The notes under the pieces were generated by a model. The model was not told where the DNA came from. It was given only the letters and a program-made list of their open reading frames with translations, and did no database searches. A stretch of 63,534 bases of DNA, filler included, from Hausera hauseri (taxonomy: Eukaryota), in NCBI GenBank assembly GCA_046269625.1. It is 10 parts of 10 records of this genome, joined end to end, with 100 filler letters (N's around TTAATTAATTAA, not from the genome) between each part and the next. Parts side by side here need not be neighbours in the genome. Positions count along the whole stretch, not along the records: positions 13,010 to 21,561 come from JBJURY010603221.1; positions 21,662 to 26,123 come from JBJURY010568450.1; 8 more parts are not named here. One strand, 5' to 3'. Shown in pieces: positions 13,010 through 25,963 of the stretch (positions are counted from its first letter, which is position 1; each line of letters begins with the position of its first letter). Both the position numbers and the translations under genes were made by a program.

Positions 13010-13224
13010 TATTGCTTTCTGAATTGTTTCTTTCAATGTTACTCAGAAAATCTTTAGCTGCTGTTTTGGATCTCGGGTTGTCGTGACTCTGCAGTGTTTT
13101 GTTATCGACTGTATCGGTAGGATCCCGCAACGCAGGCCGACGGTACAATCGGCGCGAAACCGTAACGCCCGGCTGTGCCCGGTTAAAATGGGCCAAGGGG
13201 CGAAAATGCACAGTGGGCACCACA
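13010..13224 (-). mobile_element. Start of an LTR-like segment (TGTGGTGCCCAC...), cut by the contig end
   Basis: The minus-strand terminus at 13224 matches the 12-nt LTR start at 23911. GC content rises abruptly relative to the flank. Confidence 0.55.
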
Positions 13225-13699
13225 TTCTGTTTTGCGCGTTTAGTTTTATCCTCTATAAAGGGAACTTTATGATACTCGCATTGTTTTTTAGTAATAATGA
13301 TAGCGATGTGCAAAAGTTTAAAACAACCCAAGAAAATTTTAATTTTCAAGTTTCTTTTGTATTTACTGACTTCCTGTTTGATCTAATGATAGCTGTTGTA
13401 GTTTATTATTAATATTTTGGTAATATTATTAACATTTTTATGTATGCCCAGTATTTAATATTGTGAATGAAACTATTGGTTATAGTTGTGTTTATGATTG
13501 TCTAAATTTTTCTAAACCTAACAATGGTGGGGGTAAGAAACTTTTGTTACGGCATCATGGAGAGTAGATATAGGAGCCAATAAATTGTAAATTATTGTAA
13601 AGAATGCTTTTGTTTATTGAATTAGGTTAAGAATATTGCTAAATTTACATTTTTTGTATATTGTGAGAAAATTAATTAGCAATAGGCCAAAAGAAATCA

Positions 13700-14457
13700 T
13701 TGTCACCAACGAAGTGTGCACAGATTGTAGCCTTTTCAAAACTGGAAAAAGCCAAATGAAGACTGCCCGCCACTTTGGCACATCTAGAAAGGCTGTTCAA
13801 GTAGCCTTGAACAAGTTTAAACTGACTGGAGGCTTCAAGGATGTTGCATGGGCTGGTAGACCCAAGAAAAGGACTGACCATGAATAACGTGAAATCCAAA
13901 GAATTGTTTCTGCCAAACCAATAACATCAGCCATTCACGATCAGAGACACTTAACGTGTGCTAATGTTCACATACATCGATCAACTGTCAGTAAACGCTT
14001 GCACAAAATGACTCTAGCAGCTTGCCAAAAATCCGTGTTAACGTACAGAATGCTCAAACAGCATTTAGAGTTTGTTATTGTTCATGAGCACTGAACCGAA
14101 GATGACTTGTGTAAGGTGTTGTGGTCAGACGAATGCTCGATTTTTGAATTTGGCCAACATCATCAATTCATTCGGAGCCCTTCAGGTACTAGATACCGAG
14201 AAAAATACACCTTGCCAACTGTCAAGACCCACCATCAATGATGATATGGAGCTGCATTAGCGGTCTTGGACCTGGTTGTCTCGAGAATGTGCGCGTAAAT
14301 TCTGCAATCTACATTGACATTCTTGAGAAAAATAAGAACTTTATGCAATTGGAATCGTGCACAAAATTTATGCTAGGCTCTGAACCTTTCCATATATAAA
14401 AGGCCACAATGAAATGGTTTAAGCGGAATGATGTTGATCTTTTGGATTGGCCAGGAA
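13700..14457 (+). mobile_element. Tc1-family transposase remnant, interrupted by an LTR at the WPGN motif
   Basis: Helix-turn-helix (KSQMKTARHFGTSRKAV), GRPKK, STVSKRL, VLWSDE, KWFKRNDVDLLDWPG. Stops and frameshifts. Confidence 0.9.
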
Positions 14458-14980
14458 TGTAGTTTTGCTAATATATCCTTGCCATTCATCAATAAGTCAC
14501 TTGATTCCGAGTAATGCATAAATGAGTTGTTATGATTATACATTCTGAGGAAAATAAAACTGACCTTGCAGTGTCTCATTCGACCCAACTTGGTCAAGTT
14601 GCAAGGCACCACCGAACATTTACGCTCAACAAGTGTACTTTGAACTTCACATTTTCTTGACTTTATCATCTGTGAAATACTGAGTTGCATACCAAATTTG
14701 ATCAAAAATATCCGAAAAACAACAAACTCACGCCAACAATTACTACAAAATCTTTATTGAACTTCAAATCAATTTTTTATTTCTTAACTACAACCATTAT
14801 AAACTACATATTATCATCTTCTAACACGATGGGGCAAAAACGACAAAAGTACATAAAATCGTCGGCAATTAAATATTATCTATGTATTATTTCATCTCCA
14901 TTTACTGTTGTTCATACTAGTTCTATATATTTCTAAAAAGAAAATGAGACCAAAGAGCACAGCCCTTGTTGGGCACAACA
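14458..14980 (-). repeat. 3' LTR-like segment of gypsy copy B (TGTTGTGCCC...AAAACTACA, 523 bp)
   Basis: Follows the polypurine tract GGGGGGGGGTGA (14981-14992) and ends in CA exactly where the Tc1 ORF is broken. Confidence 0.75.
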
Positions 14981-17900
14981 TCACCCCCCCCCACGTGACA
15001 AAGCAACGACTATGGACTTAAGAAAGTTGAAAATATGGAGGAACAATGTAGTCTACCTAAGAGGTCCTTGTATAAATAAGACGTTGAATACCATCAATAT
15101 ATAGTTCCTTAGTGTAGGTACTAAATGTGACTGATTTGTGGTGTTTCGATGACTTTATATCTGCTTGCTGAGATGATTGAGGTAAAACAATGTCTAATGT
15201 TGTCGTGTAAGATGTTGTGTCGTTCAAGGACGAAAAAGAAGGGGAAGAAGGAGATGTAGAAGGAAAGAAAATGAACGCTGTGTCACTAGTAGAAGTGGAG
15301 GTAAGAGCGGGCTTTGAAGTAGGATATGAAATAGGCGTAGAGAGAGAAAGGAATAGCAATAGAAAAAGGAGCAGAAATGGAGGTCAGAATGGAAAAAGAT
15401 GTAGTGGGTCTTGAAAGTGAGATAGGAATATGCAAAGGAGTCAAAAAGGGTGTAGAAGATTCAATTTTTGGAATATCATCTACGAAAAAGGCAGGCTTCA
15501 CATTGTTTATATGCACCGCTAGTTCCTTACCGTCTTTAGAGATAATGGCATTGTGAAAGTGCAGTTGAACAAGTTTGTAGGGCACCAAATGTCGTAGGTG
15601 AAAACCGCACAGCATCTGGTTTCTCAACCAGACAAACTTTGCAGAATATAAATCATCAGGAAGGTACATTTTATTGTTATGCAATATTCTGCAAAATAAA
15701 TCTTTACTGATTGCGACAAAGTGGTCCTGTGCCGCTCGGATCGTTTTGTCTGTAGGTGTTTCTTCCAAGGCAATTAGCACAAATAATAAACATATAGGAG
15801 CTCCGAATAGGGCTTCGGGAGGTGAAGTCTTTCGCCAACCTAGCAGAACTAACGGAAGTACGGCTGTCCAACTATTATTGGATTCAGTGAGGATTCTTAA
15901 CGACGTTTTCAGTGTTCTGTGGAATCTTTAGAAGACCATTTGATTGGGGTGATACTGTGTTGTGTGTATATGGCTGATTCCTAATCGATTAACGAGTGAT
16001 TTAAACAGGTTGGATTCAAACTGAGGAGCTTGGTCCATAATAATGAACCTAGGGGATCCAAACCTGCTGATCCATGTGCGGATAAAAACGTCGGCTATTG
16101 TGTCTGTGTTAGCGCTCCGCAGAGGGACAGCTTCTGGCAATCGCGAGGAACGATCCATCATTGTCAAAATAAACTGATGACCGTTGTCAGGATGGAGAGG
16201 GCCAACAAGATCTATATGTACGGACTCGAAACGCGATGTGCATGGGAAATAATATAGTGATGGACTCAAATGCTTGACGGTTTTAAATTTTTGGCAGGCC
16301 ACACATTCCTTAATCCACGCTTGCACATCGGAACGCATAGACGGCCAAATTACCTGTCGTTGAAGCAAGCGAAAGGTGACTTTAGCACCAGGGTGTTGTA
16401 GTAAATGTACGCTGTTGAATGCCTGTTTTGCAAGGCCGCAGCTAAGATTATTTTAACCTGTCTTTGTTTGGGCGTGTCGAAAGCCACGCCGCCAATAATA
16501 TTTCAGTACGTAAATGATTTAAGGATGTCTTGGTGTGGTTGGTTTTCTTGAAGCTGGTTTTGAGTGAAAATAGGCTTAAAGTTAATTGAGCTTACAAACC
16601 TAGATAAAAAGTCGGCGACAAAGTCGTTAACGCCATTTATATGTTTTATTTCGAAATTAAATGTCGACAAATATGAAATTAGTTTTTCCTGTCGAGTAGA
16701 AGGATGTTTCATTCCCATAATGTTTATTAGGGGTTTATTGTCGGTTTGTATCGTGAAACGCCGAGCAGTGAGCAAATTTAAAATATGTTTCAAGACGAGA
16801 ACTATCGCTAGTAGTTCCCGGTCGAACGTGGAGTATCTGGCTTCAGGAGATGCTAGTTTTAATGCAAAAACGCTAGTGGTTGATTTTCGCCTTTATGAAT
16901 CTGGTGTAGTAGAGCACCTATGGCGCTAGTAGAGGCGTCAGTAGTAAGGATAAGCTCAGCGTCTGGCTTAGGGTATGCTAATATTTCGACAGTTTTTAGG
17001 CTTTCTCTTAACTTATCAAACTTATCTAGGAGTTCCGTTGCCCACTGTATTTGTTGATGTTTTCTTCCGCTACTTAGGTAAGCAAAGAGTGCGGTTAGTT
17101 CTGAGCAGTATGTAACATATTTGCGGACGAAATGTAACGTGCCTAGGAAACTCCTCATTTCAGTTGATGTTCGCGGTAATTGCAAGCTTTTGAGAGATTC
17201 AACACGGTCTGGCTGAGGAGAATGCCCTTCGGGAGAAATAACGTGTCCGAGGAAATTTATGTGTCGTTTAAAGAAATGACATTTTGTAAAGTTTATTTGG
17301 AGGTTCTATTGGTGTAAACGGTGAAAGATGTATCGTAGATGTTCCTTATGCTCTTTGGTGGATGAAAAAGCAACAAAAATGTCGTCAATGTAAATATGAG
17401 AATAAGGAAGATAAAAAATTGCATCCATGTGACGCTGGAAAGCTTGTGCGGCATTCCGTAGGCCAAAAGGCATGTAGAAGTATTCGTAAAGGCCGAAGGG
17501 TGTAGTAACGGCAGTTTTTTCGATATCTTCTGGTGCTACCGGGATTTGATGATAAGTCTTTGCCATGTCAATAGTGGAATAGATTGTGGTGAAATTGTGA
17601 CGATGTAATATGTCTTTTATCAGTAGTAAGGGGTACGCGTTCATTATGGTCAAAGAGTTTAGCTGCACATAGTCACAACATGGTCGCCTTTTTTGTACAA
17701 CGTGTAAAGGAAAAGACCATGGTGACTTTGAACGACGTACAATGCTGGAGCGTTCAAGGTCTAGGAATTCGGCTTCCACCGCTTGTCTGCTTCTAGGTGA
17801 TAATGGACGTACCTTTTGACAAATGGCCCTTTGGTGTTGCGTAATGATGTGATGTAAAGTGCTATTTTCTGGTGTGAAAAACCTATCTTTTTGAATTACT

Positions 17901-19942
17901 CGAGTGCATGACATATTAAGGTACTGTTGCAGATTTTTCGGCAATTGTGAAAGATGGGGCGAAAGCAAAATGGTTTTGTCATCAGTAGTTGAAATTTGAA
18001 AGTTACTTGGTGGTTTAACATCTAATAGTATCTGAGGTAGACTGGTTGTGTTGAAAATTGAATCTGACATAGTGCTTTTATTCACTGTTTTTACAGTAGT
18101 GGCAAAATCACACTTGTCGACACTCAATCTTGCTACAATGCCAAAATCATATTTCAATAATTTATGAAATAAATAATGGTTATATGAAATAATCGGTTTA
18201 TTAGCTGGCATTTTCAGAATGGACTTCCTTACGACGCTCGTCTGCTCGACAAATGAGACGCTATTTATCTGTTTGGTTTGATTTTTAATGAATGCACTTT
18301 TCAGAAAACGTTGTTTACAATCCACTAAAAGATTGTAATGCTACAGAAAATCAGATCCAAGAATGGCTGTCTGGACATTTGCGACAGTAACTGTCCAATG
18401 AAACTCTAAGGAGGAATTTGTCAGGGTGAAGGAAAATTTAGAAGTTCCGGAAACATGCAATGGTTGTACCGCAGCTGTAAAAAGAGATTTTATTTTAGAT
18501 GTAACGTTCTAAACAGGAAAAGTCAGCGATAGAAGTAATATCGCGGCGCCTGTATCAATAAGGAAATTTATATGTTGAGGCGTCGGTGCCATGGTAGATA
18601 TATGCATGATATATGCAAACAACATTGTCTGTGCGATACTTCTGGGTATAAAATTTGCATCATAGGTGGCATTTTTGTGCTTTGTTATCAAACCTTCCGT
18701 GGTAATGGCAAATCTGTATATGCCCAGTTGAAGATGAACGACCACGGGATACAGAACGATTACGACCAGAGATAAAACTCCTTCGTTGCGTCAGCGAAAT
18801 TTCATCTAATCTGTTATTAATATTATTAATTGTTTTGTAAGGTCGCATTTTCGGTCCGTAGTTGATTTAATTGTTGTTCGAATGCTGTATTATTTTTATT
18901 AACAGATGCAGAAATGATTGGTTGTGCGTGTAGGTTCAGAACTTCATATATCTTGTCCGCTAATTCGGCCAATTTATCAAGGGCCGTTGATTCTTCGATG
19001 CCGGTAATTAAAGCTAGGATCTGGATGGGCAATGCGTTTAGAAAGTAGCGTCATAAAAGGTCTGCATTATGTTGTTTAGTAACCCTGAGAGTTTGCAGTT
19101 GAGCAAGAGAGGTTCTAAGGAAATCAGATTGTATCTGTGTTCCCTTGGAATTGCCATTGAAGAATCTATAAATAATGGAATCCATAGATGGTTCCGTAAG
19201 TTTTAATACTGCGTTATAGAGATTGGTGTATGGGTCAAGTTGTTGAAAGATATCTAACAGATCATGAATAAATGTTTTACTGCCGTCGGTAACAGACAAA
19301 GTAAGCTGAGCTTTGGCTGATGGATCGGTGATGCCACTAGACTTCAGCCAAAGTTTATGAATATTAAACCATGTTTTGCTTGAATTTTCATGGTCTATAA
19401 AATACTCTGTGCATGGGAAAGAAGTGCTCTTAGACTGCGGGAGAGTAGTGGTACAAGTAGTCATGTTGAGTGGTGTGGTGACAGTTGTTGACTTTTGAAG
19501 ATAGGTGGTGGGTATAGCTGTAGTGGAGGTTTTATGCGTTGTGTCAATTGTTGGTGAAGAATCCATACCACCAAGAATATAAATGTGTACGTGAATAATG
19601 AGATATTTGGTTTAAGGAACGGAAAGGTTGTGAAAATTGACATTAATTAAAGATAGATTGTGAAAAGTAAGGTAAAAATCAGAGATATTAGGAAAGTGTT
19701 GTACATAATTGTGTAAGTAAGGTGCGTCTATAAAGTACGTTGTTTTGTTGTCCAAATAATTGGCAATTATTTAGGACAAGTAAAAGGAGAGAGTTGGTGT
19801 TGGCCCTAGTGGTTGATGTGGTGACGCAACGGACCGTGGGGTAAAACCCGCTGACAGGACAGACGGCCCGGCAGTCGGTTACACTGTGATGCACCCGAAA
19901 ATCCAGAATGATTAAATCCCCTCCGGTGGGTCCAGTCAGGGA
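14981..19942 (-). mobile_element. Ty3/gypsy LTR retrotransposon internal region (degenerate gag-pol), copy B
   Basis: Gag from 19566 (FPCTEYFIDHENSSKTWF), protease [29 protein letters not shown], RNase H TDAS/ADFLSR, integrase HIDLVGPL/DQAPQFE, then polypurine tract. Colinear with copy A. Confidence 0.96.
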
Positions 19943-21066
19943 TGTATTTTGTTTCAAATTTTCAATCTTTTTTTCATGGAAATCGACAATCAACTGAATA
20001 GCATCAATAGAAGCGTTTTTACCACTGTTCAAAGGAATAGAACGCAAATGGAGGTTTTGTATTGTCGAAAAACAAACATCTCATCGTATTCTGCAGGTGT
20101 CGTTGACAAATTAATGTCAGTAGTTGCATGGGACAAATGAAATAAGCCTCCGACAATAATTCCAAAGAACAAGAAGTTTTCATCACACTCCAACTGATTG
20201 AAAAGCGGGTTAAAAATCCGTGTAGCGTGATCGTTATATTTGATTTTATTTATTTCCGAGCCCTCTGACCAATTCCATATTGTCGCCAAATCATTTATTT
20301 CCAATTCGGGTAAGTTGGTAGTTTTCAAATTGACGGAGTTCCTCAAAAAACAACAAAAATGTCGATTAGTTACAGTATACCAATTTCCCCTTAAATCCAA
20401 ATACTGCACATTTGACAGTTTCTTTAACAAGTAAATGAATAGATCTGTACGAATTCCAACAATGTCGTCCGTTTCCAGAGAAAAGATACAACAGGAAATC
20501 TTGATTATAATTCAACGAAATTTTTAGACGTTTTTTGGAACAATCTTCAACATGGGCAGAAGACACATGTCGCACAAGAATTCTTAGATGCATCGACAGA
20601 TTCAGTAGTGGTTTCATAGTAACATAGCGTTTCAAGAACGGTATAATAGTAGTCATGAAAGTATACCGAGAGTTTGTTAATGTTCTGATCATTCTACCTG
20701 TTATGGAATCAATTATGGCCAAATTGAAGTCCAAACAAGTTTTTAGAGAATATATCAATATATAATCCTTGAGAGAAAAATAGCAGTATACCATATACAA
20801 AAGGAGTTCGAATCACAGTTTCAAAGGATGTCAGGTGACGTTTATTAAAAATCAGTGGTCTGAAAGACTGTGGGTCAGGAAAATCAGAGGTATTCCAGGT
20901 GCATAGGTTTAAGGGTTGGCCGTGGAAATTGTTTGCGAGTTTTGTTGAAAGTTTGTCGATAACATGGCTGATGGATTTGGAGTACTTCCACAACTTATTC
21001 CAATGAAACGTAAAAAGAAGGTGGAACTCAGTGTGCTTTACAATGAAAACAGCATAGTGAACGCAT
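19943..21066 (-). pseudogene. Host-like frameshifted ORF with an LRR-like motif, occupying the 5' LTR position of copy B
   Basis: LKKLSNVQYLDLRGN fits LxxLxLxxN. Overlapping minus-strand ORFs follow an AAAAATG at 21066 and end at an AAAATACA terminus (19943). Confidence 0.4.
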
Positions 21067-21661
21067 TTTTTAAAGGCGTCCCTAAGTAAGTCAAAGCTTG
21101 ATTAAATGAAAGGTGATAAGACAGCTAGATGTGAAACTATTAAAAGAAATGTGTTAAAGTCGATTACTTCAGAAGTAACTGTAGTAGAGCTCCTATATGA
21201 ATCTGAGTAGATGGATGTGAGCACATGGCGTCAACCCCCCCCCCCCAAGGAAGGAAAGAAACGAAGTGCTTCGGAGATGAGTCATGAGGTAGAAAAAACG
21301 ATACACACATACACGATTATTAGGGCGGAGATAGGTGACACACAGTCACAAAGTGGATACACACAATCACGCGTCCTGCATGGATTTTAGGTTGTGTAGA
21401 AATCTGAATTTCGCGCAAAAAAAATTTTTTTTTTAATTTTGGTGGTCGGGTAAAATATAGGCTTTAAAATCAGATGAATGTAAAATGTCTGAGGCAATTG
21501 CCTCAAAAACATTGTCCAATTTCAAAATGTGAATGACTGCTGCTTCAGTATTGATACAATTNNNNNNNNNNNNNNNNNNNNNNNNNNNNNNNNNNNNNNN
21601 NNNNNTTAATTAATTAANNNNNNNNNNNNNNNNNNNNNNNNNNNNNNNNNNNNNNNNNNNN

Positions 21662-23364
21662 ACCAATAGATCATGTGAGGCAAGAAAATCTGAGCCTATT
21701 ATGGGAGATTTAATATTGGCCACGTGGAACTTTCAAACAAACTTATCTGGCAAGTTGGTGAAAGTGAAAGTCAATTCCGTGGTTCCTGCAACATGCAACG
21801 GTTTTCCACTGGCAGTGAAAAGCAGAGGAATAGAAATTGCAGTGGATGTAGGGGTAAAGGACAACGGAAGGAGTGAGAATGCAGCTACTGAATCTATTAG
21901 GAATTCGATATGTGAGGTATCTCTGCATAACAGTGCAGCTTTTAACAGAAATACTGCAGAAACGGTGTTGAAACGGCTAGAAAATTGAGCGATATTGCCT
22001 GCACCAGAATGTACAGTAAAATCTGGCGGCATTATTAGTTTTTTGAAGGATTTGAAGAAGAGGAAGAAGAGGAAGGAAAAGGAGGAAATTTATCTTTGTA
22101 GTGTTTACAACAAGGTACACATGACCTAGTCTCTGACTGATATTTGTTGTGGTATATGCAGACAGGATTGTTTGTAGCGTATCGTTCGCTATAGAATCGA
22201 CAGCCCAAGAAGCATTTCCTTGCATCCTTTCGAAAATTCGTGCGACGGAAGCAAGTCATACGTCCGCCAGGTGAAATGGATGGAGTAGAGTGCATTGAAA
22301 TGCTTCTCTCCCTTGAACGTCTGGTGTCACTTCGTCTAGGCCCATTAAGATTGTTTAGTTGGGTGGTAATGGCCGAAATTGACTGGTGTAACTTTTCAAA
22401 CTGTTGCTGCATCATTTGCAATTGTTGAGTGAATAATGCTGTGTCTGTAGTTGCAGCATATGTGGTTGCAACCGGAATTGGTAGAGAACTATTGGCATGG
22501 AGAATCTCAAAGGATTTGTCAGCCATTATGGCCAGTTTGGAGAAAGTCGGATGGCTTTTGATTTCCTATCGCGTGGACGTTAAAATACTTTTGTATTATA
22601 TTGTCAATCGAAGGATCCGTGACATGCAGTACAGCTTTACAGAGTGTTTCGTAAGGTGTGGAGGATTGTAGCAACTCGGAGATGTTACTAATCAGCGATG
22701 TTGTTGGATTTTAACCACTTTTGGTGGAATTGGAGCCATGGTTTGCTGGAGTTGTTCTTGACAAGGAAAAATTTCACACAAGGTAAATTTAAGGAAGTTC
22801 GTGATTGTTGGGAGTGTGGCAATCGATAGACGTTGCCTGTATTTGTGTATTTATCATCCGAGAAGGATTAATTTGGATCCTATCTACCCCTAAGGCGGCG
22901 GTGGAGCACCAGATAGATGATGGGACGTTCGTTGCATATGAAAAGCAAAAGGGAGTCGGAAGGATGTATTATAAGCGCTTGATATGTGAAATAAAAATAA
23001 GAAGTGTACTACGATGAGGACAAAGCGTTATATAAAAGCTGTGCTGTATCGCTGAGTGGCGTTCTTATGGTTTTTACATGTTGATTATTGCTTGAAGACC
23101 AGGAAAGAAAAGGGTAATGAGGTGAACCCAGGGAAAAGATAAAATGCACGGGGGGCTTTGGCGGTTTCCTTCTCGGTTAAGGAAAGGTTTGTGCGTACAG
23201 CGCGGGAAGCAGTGGCAAATGATGATTGTGACAAAGGAATGTCCAAGGTTGTTAAGCTTAAAAATCCTTTAAAATGAAAATTTGTGCTAGTTATAAAAGA
23301 ATTGTATATGCGCAAAAAATTGTCAAACCGGTGGTCACAAATCAGTGAAAAAAATCTCCCCACC
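21662..23364 (-). mobile_element. Ty3/gypsy copy C: 5' UTR, gag and protease, truncated by the contig end
   Basis: Nucleotide-level homology to about 851-2750 starting at CACAGGTGGG, with internal deletions. ORFs 22035-22526 (Gag C-terminus) and 21733-22032 (protease FLIDSVAAFSLL). Confidence 0.93.
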
Positions 23365-23623
23365 TGTGTCTGAATATGGTTTTACTGAACGCCACGACAG
23401 AATCCTCATTATGACCGAGCATTGACGATATGAGTTTAATATAGGATGATTGCGCCGTACAATTTTCAACGAAACCGAAATGTTGTTTTTCCATGTGACA
23501 AGTTTCCTGACGATTGTTCTTATATCTTGCTAAGGTTTATTCAATTGTTCTACTTTGTGGTTCCGAGAGATTGACATACCGACAAAGAACTGTCAACACT
23601 TCGGGTGAATCGGACGGAACGTC
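23365..23623 (-). pseudogene. Fragment of the proteasome activator PA200/PSME4 C-terminus plus a second unidentified fragment
   Basis: Minus frame DVPSDSPEVLTVLCRYVNLSEPQSRTIE*TLARYKNNRQETCHMEKQHF parallels PSME4 [50 protein letters not shown]. Confidence 0.65.
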
Positions 23624-24308
23624 TATAAGATTCTGGCATTTTAATTTCAGTGATTAGAATCAAATTCCATATGAAAATTAAAAACGGCGGACTAATCAAA
23701 AGAATCGAAACATTCCATTAATTTATCTGACCAAATTTAGCAACAAAATTGTTTAAAACAATCAAAATCCAAATATATTTCAAATCATAAAGAAAGGTTG
23801 AGTAAGATGTCTACAACATACCTTTTTTTGAATGTCACCAAATTTAACAAAACATTAAAAATTACATATATATAATTGTTATTTTTTTGGTGGGTCAATG
23901 TGGGCACCACATCACTCCCCCTGACAAATTTAGTTTTACAAGGAGGGATCCAGCGGGGATCATCCGGTAACCAGCAAGTCGGCGGATTCTCCTCCGGTTG
24001 TGTTTCATCTCCTAGTATTTTCCGTTCTGCATTGACCGCAGTGAGAATGGAACGATCTTCAAGCAGATGTTTTGTGGGTTTGACCTTCGGTAGCGCAATA
24101 TCGTTGGGACGATTTTCGAATTCTGCTTTGCGATATTTGAACTCGCGGTCTTTCTGCTTGTTTGGTGAGTTTGACTCGAAATAAACGGTAGTCGGAAAGG
24201 AATGAGAATTCTTGTTGGACTTCGGAAAAGCTGGTGTGAAAGTACTACCAGAATTGTTCATCAATCGTCATAATATACTGTGATGGTACGGCTGTCGACA
24301 ACCTGCAT

Positions 24309-24914
24309 TTACTCATAAATAAAGGGTTTTAAATCAAGCGATGATGACGGTGCATCGGAAAAGTGGCGCATTAGTAAACTGTCTTGTGACTGCGATGTCT
24401 CGTTCTGAATGGGAGGTGTATTGTCGTTGACAGACTGTCGTGGACGATCAGGTATATCCGTGAATAGGTGTTTCAATTCGTACTCCTCACTGGTTGTATC
24501 TTCTTTAACAAACGAAATTGTCTCTGTTGGTCGAATGACAGTGGATGCCTCTTGCGTACCGGCAATATTCAGACAACGAAGTTCCAACGATGAAAGATTT
24601 TTTGGGTTGATTATTGGATCTGTTAGTTTTAGGAGAAATTTCTGGGCTCCTAAGTATGGGTTATCTGTGTTGAAGATTTCTGAAGTCCAATCCAACGTTC
24701 GTAGGAATTTGACCGGAACGAGAGAGAAAAACGATAAAGCCTTTTCCACGGAACTCATGTAAAGACTGGCCGACCATCCGGAATGGATCACGATCCACGT
24801 AAGTGTACTGTTGCCATGGTCCAAGAAGAAAGGCACACATGGAAAGTAGTGTGGGTCACCAAAAATAACGGTTTCTGGTATCCCACTTCTGACAACAGTG
24901 TAGGATTCTGTCAT
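24309..24914 (-). CDS. Gag N-terminal-domain-derived protein (201 aa, open)
   Basis: FPCVPFFLDHGNSTLTWIVIHSGW...KA...NPY...LLKLTDP aligns by eye with copy B Gag FPCTEYFIDHENSSKTWFNIHKLW...KA...DPY...VLKLTEP. Confidence 0.65.
   Translation of the reverse strand: MTESYTVVRSGIPETVIFGDPHYFPCVPFFLDHGNSTLTWIVIHSGWSASLYMSSVEKALSFFSLVPVKFLRTLDWTSEIFNTDNPYLGAQKFLLKLTDPIINPKNLSSLELRCLNIAGTQEASTVIRPTETISFVKEDTTSEEYELKHLFTDIPDRPRQSVNDNTPPIQNETSQSQDSLLMRHFSDAPSSSLDLKPFIYE
24880..24897 (-). promoter_or_regulatory. Primer-binding site, tRNA-Leu type
   Basis: TGTTGTCAGAAGTGGGAT, one mismatch from the common TGGTGTCAGAAGTGGGAT, 1 nt after the LTR's terminal CA. Confidence 0.8.
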
Positions 24915-25204
24915 TTTAATTTAGGTGATTAGAGTAAAATTCCATACGAAAATACAAAACGGCCGACTAATCAAAAGAAACGAAACATACCATTAATTTC
25001 TCTGACCAAATTTAACAACAAAATTGTCTAAAACAAACAAAATCCAAATACACACTCCAGTGATAAATAAACGTTGAACCAGACATCTACAACACACCCT
25101 TTTTCAAAATTTCACCAATTTTGAACAAAAAACATTAAAAGTTACATATATATTGTTATTTAATATAATTGTTATTTTTTGGGTGGGTCAATGTGGGCTC
25201 CACA

Positions 25205-25963
25205 AGAACCACTTTCGTTTTGAGGGGAGGAATGCTTCCATTCTTTAACCATTGCTTCGATTGATGCTTTGTTAGAGTTTCAAAATAGTGGATCCATGTT
25301 TCGTTCAATGTTAGCAGACTGTCGACAAAATTTCGATCCCTCCTTGCAAGTTCCATGTTGTGATTGGAAATGTGGACTCGTTCTTCTATTTGTCGTGGCT
25401 GCAGTAATCGGGCATTCCAGTGACAACACAACTTTGAAAGATTCAAATCGTCTACTAAAATTGTATTCACAATTGAAATACTTATATGAAAGGCCTCTGC
25501 AATGTCTCTAACCGTTGTTTGCTGGTCATCGTCCACGAATTTTTTGATCAAGCTGATGTTTTCATCCGCTTTGGATGTTCTGGATCTTCCAGTTCTAGGA
25601 ATGTCTTCTGACTCACTGCATCCAGCAGCAAACCGTTCAATCCACTTGTACATAACTCTTTTACCCGAAGCATCTTCACCAAAAACGTTACGTAATTGCC
25701 TTGTGATACCAGCACATGATTATTCTTCCTTCCACAAAAAGAAAACTATATCTCGTTGATTACTTTTTGCACTGTCCATTTTCTGTCATCACTGAATGTG
25801 CGTGTCTGCTAATACTGCTAATTTAAAGGAAATATCAGTGAATCAAAACTAGTTGATAAGATACCACATAGGTTGCTTGTCAGTAAAACAAACCTAATTT
25901 ACCACTGTGTCATTTGTACTAAAATTAAATTGCCGTTTCCACGAACTTTTCGAACAACCTTCG
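25205..25963 (-). mobile_element. mariner transposon, 5' part, truncated by LTR insertion
   Basis: TIR-like CGAAGGTTGTTCGAAAAGTTC at 25963, ATG at 25779, RTGRSRTS, helix-turn-helix, WNARLL (WVPRLL), TLNETWIHYFE, QSKQW. Confidence 0.9.

Larger units (their letters stand above)
23624..25204 (-). mobile_element. Short (about 1.6 kb) non-autonomous LTR element with Gag-derived ORF
   Basis: Diverged direct repeats at 24899-25204 (TGTGG...CTACA) and 23624-23911, primer-binding site 24880-24897, polypurine tract 23912-23921, no pol. Confidence 0.85.
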
